From Trichomonas gallinae (taxonomy: Eukaryota): a DNA stretch of 35,952 bases. Every line of letters starts with the position of its first letter. Within the stretch, counting starts at the first letter, position 1. The translations under genes were made by a program, and so were the position numbers. Below the pieces are notes generated by a model, which did no database searches, was not told where the DNA came from, and was given only the letters and a program-made list of their open reading frames with translations. Positions 31,599 through 35,952 of this stretch are shown here, one piece after another. The stretch is from positions 1 to 35,952 of the forward strand of contig MRSU01001725.1 of NCBI GenBank assembly GCA_008369845.1, written 5' to 3'.

Positions 31599-32228
31599 TT
31601 AGAAAGCAAAACTATCGCATTCGCCAAAATCGTCGAAATCATCGAAATCGTCTTCTGTGAAAACTAAATCTGGATTTGTAATGTCAAGAGTCTTGAAGAC
31701 GTCCTCATATTGATTTTGGGCCTGATTAACGTAAATGTTTGGCTGAAAGATTTGTTCAGCTGCATAATGTGGGTGCGCTATTGTTTCTGGGGAAGATAAA
31801 TCACCAGAATTGTAGCTAACATACTTATCAACAAAAGCCTTTGTGCGGGATCTGCGTTCGAGCTTTGGATTCTTGTGTGAGATTCCATGGTACCTTGTAA
31901 GAGCGCTATTCCAGTGATTCTTGATATTATTTCCACTGCGGCCTGGTAAGAACTCGGAGATCTTGACCCAATGTGGACCAAACTGCTTGTACTTCTTAAC
32001 GATGATCTCATCTTCTTCGGCGGTCCATGGTTTGTTAACGACCTCCTTGAAAAGATACTGGTTGTAACGATCACGGCACTGGCAAGCAGTTCTTCCTGGA
32101 AGGTAAGAAGCAATTTCTTTCCACGACATGTTCTTCTTATCCTTGGCGAGTTCCTTGAGGAGCTGATCTTCCTCCTTGGTGAATCTCTTTCCATGCTTGG
32201 ATGATGTCTCGATTGCACTAGCATACAT
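31599..32228 (-). CDS. R2R3 Myb DNA-binding protein
   Basis: FTKEED..W..IA..LPGRTACQCRDRY and WTAEED..FGPHW..GRSGNNIKNHWNS, with an acidic tail. Confidence 0.93.
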   Translation of the reverse strand: MYASAIETSSKHGKRFTKEEDQLLKELAKDKKNMSWKEIASYLPGRTACQCRDRYNQYLFKEVVNKPWTAEEDEIIVKKYKQFGPHWVKISEFLPGRSGNNIKNHWNSALTRYHGISHKNPKLERRSRTKAFVDKYVSYNSGDLSSPETIAHPHYAAEQIFQPNIYVNQAQNQYEDVFKTLDITNPDLVFTEDDFDDFDDFGECDSFAF

Positions 32229-33237
32229 TCCTAAAAATGATAATTGTTTATAGCTCTCAATTGCTCGATTTTTTCATAATAATTTTTGACTGTTTTAAAA
32301 TTTTCTGTTAAACACCAAAAATTTTGCTAAAATATTGCATAGTATTATGAGTAGATCTTATCATTATCATTTGGGCCACAAAATTTTGAGAATCTCATAT
32401 AATTATTGAAGTGTCTCACAATCCTAGATTTTTTCATAGGGAAGTAGGCTTGAGAAGAATTGATATTCGTTATATATACAATCAGATTATGTTAACTTAT
32501 TATATTCACCGATCCATAGTTTCTCAATTTTAAGAAATGCTCTCAAAAACCGCGATTTTTTCATAAGGGAAAATTATCATTAATCGTTTGCAAGACATAA
32601 TTTTAACAGATAATATTAACACAATAATCTTTTGAAAACATGAATTTGTCAAATTTTAGATTTTAGCTCTCAAATGTATAAATGTGACAAATTGTCTAAT
32701 CGAATTAAATTTACTCTACTAATTACAATAATCATATTCTATAAAATTTTTGAAAATTATTTAACGAACAAATCTGTAAAATCATAATTGTCAAGCCGCC
32801 ATTTAATTTATCCTCATTTACCATGACACCCTAATATATTCATACTTTGAAATTATCTAAGCATGTACAATAAGCTATGAAATTTCAAAACTTAAACTAT
32901 TTCCCCTGTAACTTGTGGTAGATTTGACATTTTAAACAGAATCTCTCTTTTTATTAGATGGAAATAATAGTATTCATCATAATTATATGCCAGATAAACT
33001 CATATTTAAATTTCAATTTTGAATAGCGTCTCTTATCATGATTTGAACGAGTCAATTACCTTCTGACACACAATATAAATATAGTAAAGCTAACCATATT
33101 AAATCATTATGTTTTAATCATGAAGTTAATTTGCGTTCTTATATTTTAATTTACATGTCAAATGCCAAGAAATATCCTCAATTTTAACCTCGCTAATTTC
33201 CTCTATCTTCATTTTTGCCTGGAAGATTTACATATTT

Positions 33238-33324
33238 AAATCAATAAAAGGTTATTTTTGCCTGGAAGATTGGGAAAATGGAGTTTGGGAAATTTCCGGA
33301 ATATCTTCCGAATTTGCATCCCTA
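33238..33324. mobile_element. Right end of a second copy of the 13114-13665 element
   Basis: 87 bp nearly identical to 13579-13665 (about 5 substitutions), ending in TTGCATCCCTA. Confidence 0.8.
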
Positions 33325-33444
33325 GCAAAACAACTATATTCATTATATAAAATTCAAATATTAGATTAAATCGATTCATGTAAAATTCGGATTCAAAAGT
33401 GACAATTTTTAAAAATTTCTACTTTCGTTTTTTCTTGTATTTGA

Positions 33445-34140
33445 CATATAGAATATTTTAATAATGGCGTTTTTAATTTCTATATTAGTAATGGCTATGC
33501 CCTTGTAGGCAATCCTAATGATTTATTTAACTGCCCGAATGCGAAATATATTACAGTTGCAAATTTATCTTTTCCAGAAACTGTTCAAACACCAGATGGC
33601 AAGAGCTATATACTGCAAGAAATCTCAACATGTGCATTCTGCTGTGATAATACTATTGAAAATGTATTTATATCTAAAACCATTCGAAATATTCGTGCTT
33701 GGGCATTTGATAGGTGTCGAAAACTACAAACAATAACATTTGATAACAAAAGTGAGCTTGGTATTCTAGAATCTGGATCTTTCGCCAGATTATCTTCCCT
33801 ACAATCTATGATCATTCCACAAAGCGTTTACATGATAGGAAAAAGTGCGATAGGGAGTTCATTAATCCAAAGAATTCATTATTGTGGGAAGAATTATCTC
33901 GATTTCATTTCGGCAACCGAAGAATTGATAGAAGCGCCAACATCACCATCATATGATTTTACTCGAATTTACTTGTTGTTTAACAATCATTATTTAAAGA
34001 GCACTCCAAGGATTAAATTTTGTTATTTATCTGTTTGTCCATTTGATTTTGATATCAAAGGCATCATCCCAACCCCTCGCATATGCTCAAGGTATCTCAT
34101 TTTTCAAATTTATTATTTGTATGTTTTTATCTTGTTATAA
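33445..34140 (+). pseudogene. Short BspA-like LRR gene with a disrupted 5' end
   Basis: One open frame from after TGA 33442 to TAA 34140: LSFPETV..YILQEISTCAF, ISKTIRNIRAWAFDRCRKLQTITF, ESGSFARLSSLQSMIIPQSVYMIG, and a hydrophobic C-terminus. No in-frame ATG until 33808. Confidence 0.72.
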
Positions 34141-34516
34141 ACTCTAACTATAGTTTACGCCATTGTACATCATTTTTTATAAATACAAGAAAATCTAATG
34201 ACTATTTCCAATTTAGTATTTATCAATTCAAAATTATTGAGCATAATGTCTATAATTCCTTTGAATATTCAATTTCTTATGCTGCACATATATTCATTGA
34301 GTGAGATTAAAGGAATAAAGCTGAAAAATTGAAAAGATATATTATAAAAAAGCATAATATTAGCTTTATTCATTATCATCATATAAGGAAAGAAGAAATA
34401 TGACAAACAGATATTGCACAGCTACTATTATAAGAGGTTCTCATCAAAGAAATTGATATGTTTTTTTGACAATGTAAACGTCAAATGTCAAAATGAATAA
34501 AAGTGACATCAAGCTG

Positions 34517-35299
34517 ATGTTTTTTGAAAGATTGTTTTATTTTTTTTGATTCATAGCTGTTAGATTTGTTGATGGCAGTTTCAATTTTCAGATTATTGAC
34601 AATGAGACATGTTATGTTGGTATCACATCATTAAAATACGCTAATGCACCAATTGATGGAATAAGTTTTTCTCAAAAAGATTTAGTTATTCCATCAACTG
34701 CGACTTATAATAATACAGTATATAACGTAACCAGAACAACAACTTATTGCTTTAGAGGCTGTATCAATATAACAAGATGTATTATTCCTCATTCAATAAT
34801 TGAAATTGGCTGGGATACATTCTTTGACACACGAATAAAAGAGCTTGTAGTTCCTAATTCAGTAGCAATATTACAAAAGTTTGCATTTTCTGGTATGCGA
34901 TCTCTGCAAACTATTATATTCGAACAAGGCATAAATATCACATTCATGGATATTGAAATTTTATGTTTTGCAAACCTAAAGACTTTAATTTTCCCAGAAA
35001 ATATTAATTATCCTTCAACTGACTTATTTGGAAGGACAAACATCAAAGATTTATATGTATGTTCTGATAAAGCAGTTCCAACCACACAAAATGATATGTT
35101 TTTGACTGGAAAAATTGAAAATATTTATGTAAGATCCACTTATGGGGCTCAAACTTTTTTTAATCGTGCTGTAAGTGTAATGAAAGACGATTGGATATGC
35201 TATGAACCGCATTTTAAGATTCAATATGTAACATGTCGAATCCTCAATCGTCAGCAATTTAATATGATGTATTATCTCGTTTTTATCTTGCTTGAATAA
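34517..35299 (+). pseudogene. Short BspA-like LRR gene with in-frame TGA at codon 11
   Basis: MFFERLFYFF*FIAVRFVDG...LVIPST..YNVT..YCFRGCINITRCIIPHSIIEIGWDTF..LVVPNSV..FAFSGMRSLQTIIFE, all in one frame. TGA at 34547-34549; AAAGTGAC motif at 34500-34507. Confidence 0.8.
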
Positions 35300-35398
35300 A
35301 CGCAATATTATTTGACAACTGATGTTTCCTCAAGTTAATATTAAAAAGAAAGACTTTTAGAATAAAAGAAGAAAAGTTTTAAAAAAGGAAAAAGATTT

Positions 35399-35470
35399 TT
35401 CCGATACGGGGAATCGAACCCCGATCCTGTGGATGAAAACCACATATCCTAACCGCTGAACGATATCGGA
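35399..35470 (-). tRNA. tRNA-Glu(TTC)
   Basis: TCCGATA TC GTTC AGCGGTTA GGAT A TGTGG TTTTCAT CCACA GGAT CGGGG TTCGATT CCCCG TATCGGA A, with oligo-T downstream. Confidence 0.97.
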
Positions 35471-35730
35471 CTTACATTATTTTGTTTTCATTTCTATTGA
35501 TAAGTATAATAATTAACTTTTAATTGTCAACATTATTGTAAACAAAGAAATTCATATTGATTATTAGTACAAATACTGTTAGATTATCATCATTCACCGA
35601 TATATCGAGACCTGATAAAGGAGGTGTCATTTGCTTACAAGTACACTCTACCAAAATCTTTAGATATGAATTATAAAGTAATATTTTTCTTTATATTTTG
35701 GGTGTGCTATATATTGTAAAGACTCTGATC

Positions 35731-35952
35731 TTAAAATAATACTGTCCCCCGTTTTTCTGATGTCAGACAGCTTTTTCGATACGTATTCAATTTCTTAGGA
35801 CCCAAAGTGGCAGGACAAGATGTGAAGTGGTCAAGCATTTGGGAATTCATTAAATAGGTAGTTTTTATCGCTGAAATCCAATCCCTGGATGGTTCAGTGG
35901 CAGAGAGCTTGTAAAAAGACTGCATCGGAAGTTGGTTCAAGCTGAGCGCAGT
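35731..35952 (-). CDS. Probable 3' end of a gene entering from beyond the window
   Basis: The frame is open from the window edge to TAA 35731-35733 and GC is above intergenic level. No recognisable domain. Confidence 0.4.
   Translation of the reverse strand, partial: TALSLNQLPMQSFYKLSATEPSRDWISAIKTTYLMNSQMLDHFTSCPATLGPKKLNTYRKSCLTSEKRGTVLF

Noticed and set aside
31910..31925. KNHW instead of KNRW in Myb R3
   Set aside because: KNHWNS is the normal c-Myb-type R3 sequence.
1..35952. CRISPR arrays, operons, rRNA, spliceosomal introns, Maverick or mariner genes
   Set aside because: None seen. The context is eukaryotic and no lesion is bracketed by a recognisable trichomonad intron motif.

Overview
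AT-rich, intron-free eukaryotic DNA in the standard genetic code. It is most likely Trichomonas vaginalis or a close trichomonad; this is inferred from the gene families and from TCAYW initiator motifs. Apparently intact genes: the 3' part of a GP63-like metalloprotease, Vps16, two Rab GTPases, a class II tRNA nucleotidyltransferase, a HeH/LEM-like membrane protein, two lineage-specific hypotheticals, a Gly-rich/Cys-rich/mucin-stalk type I membrane protein, a CAMK-type kinase, two R2R3 Myb genes, tRNA-Gly(GCC) and tRNA-Glu(TTC). About seven genes carry disabling lesions: an Fe-ADH with one nonsense codon, a GH2 beta-galactosidase with no ATG, three BspA-like genes, an ankyrin gene and a Gly-rich gene. 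Best leads: (1) the nucleotidyltransferase lacks about 10 residues of the flexible loop needed for A76 addition, as CC-adding enzymes do; (2) a ~550-bp non-autonomous transposon with Ac-like 11-bp TIRs and a target duplication, with a second partial copy 20 kb away; (3) several otherwise intact genes disabled by single lesions at the start codon or signal peptide. I see no convincing multi-gene novel system. All calls are by eye, with no database searches.
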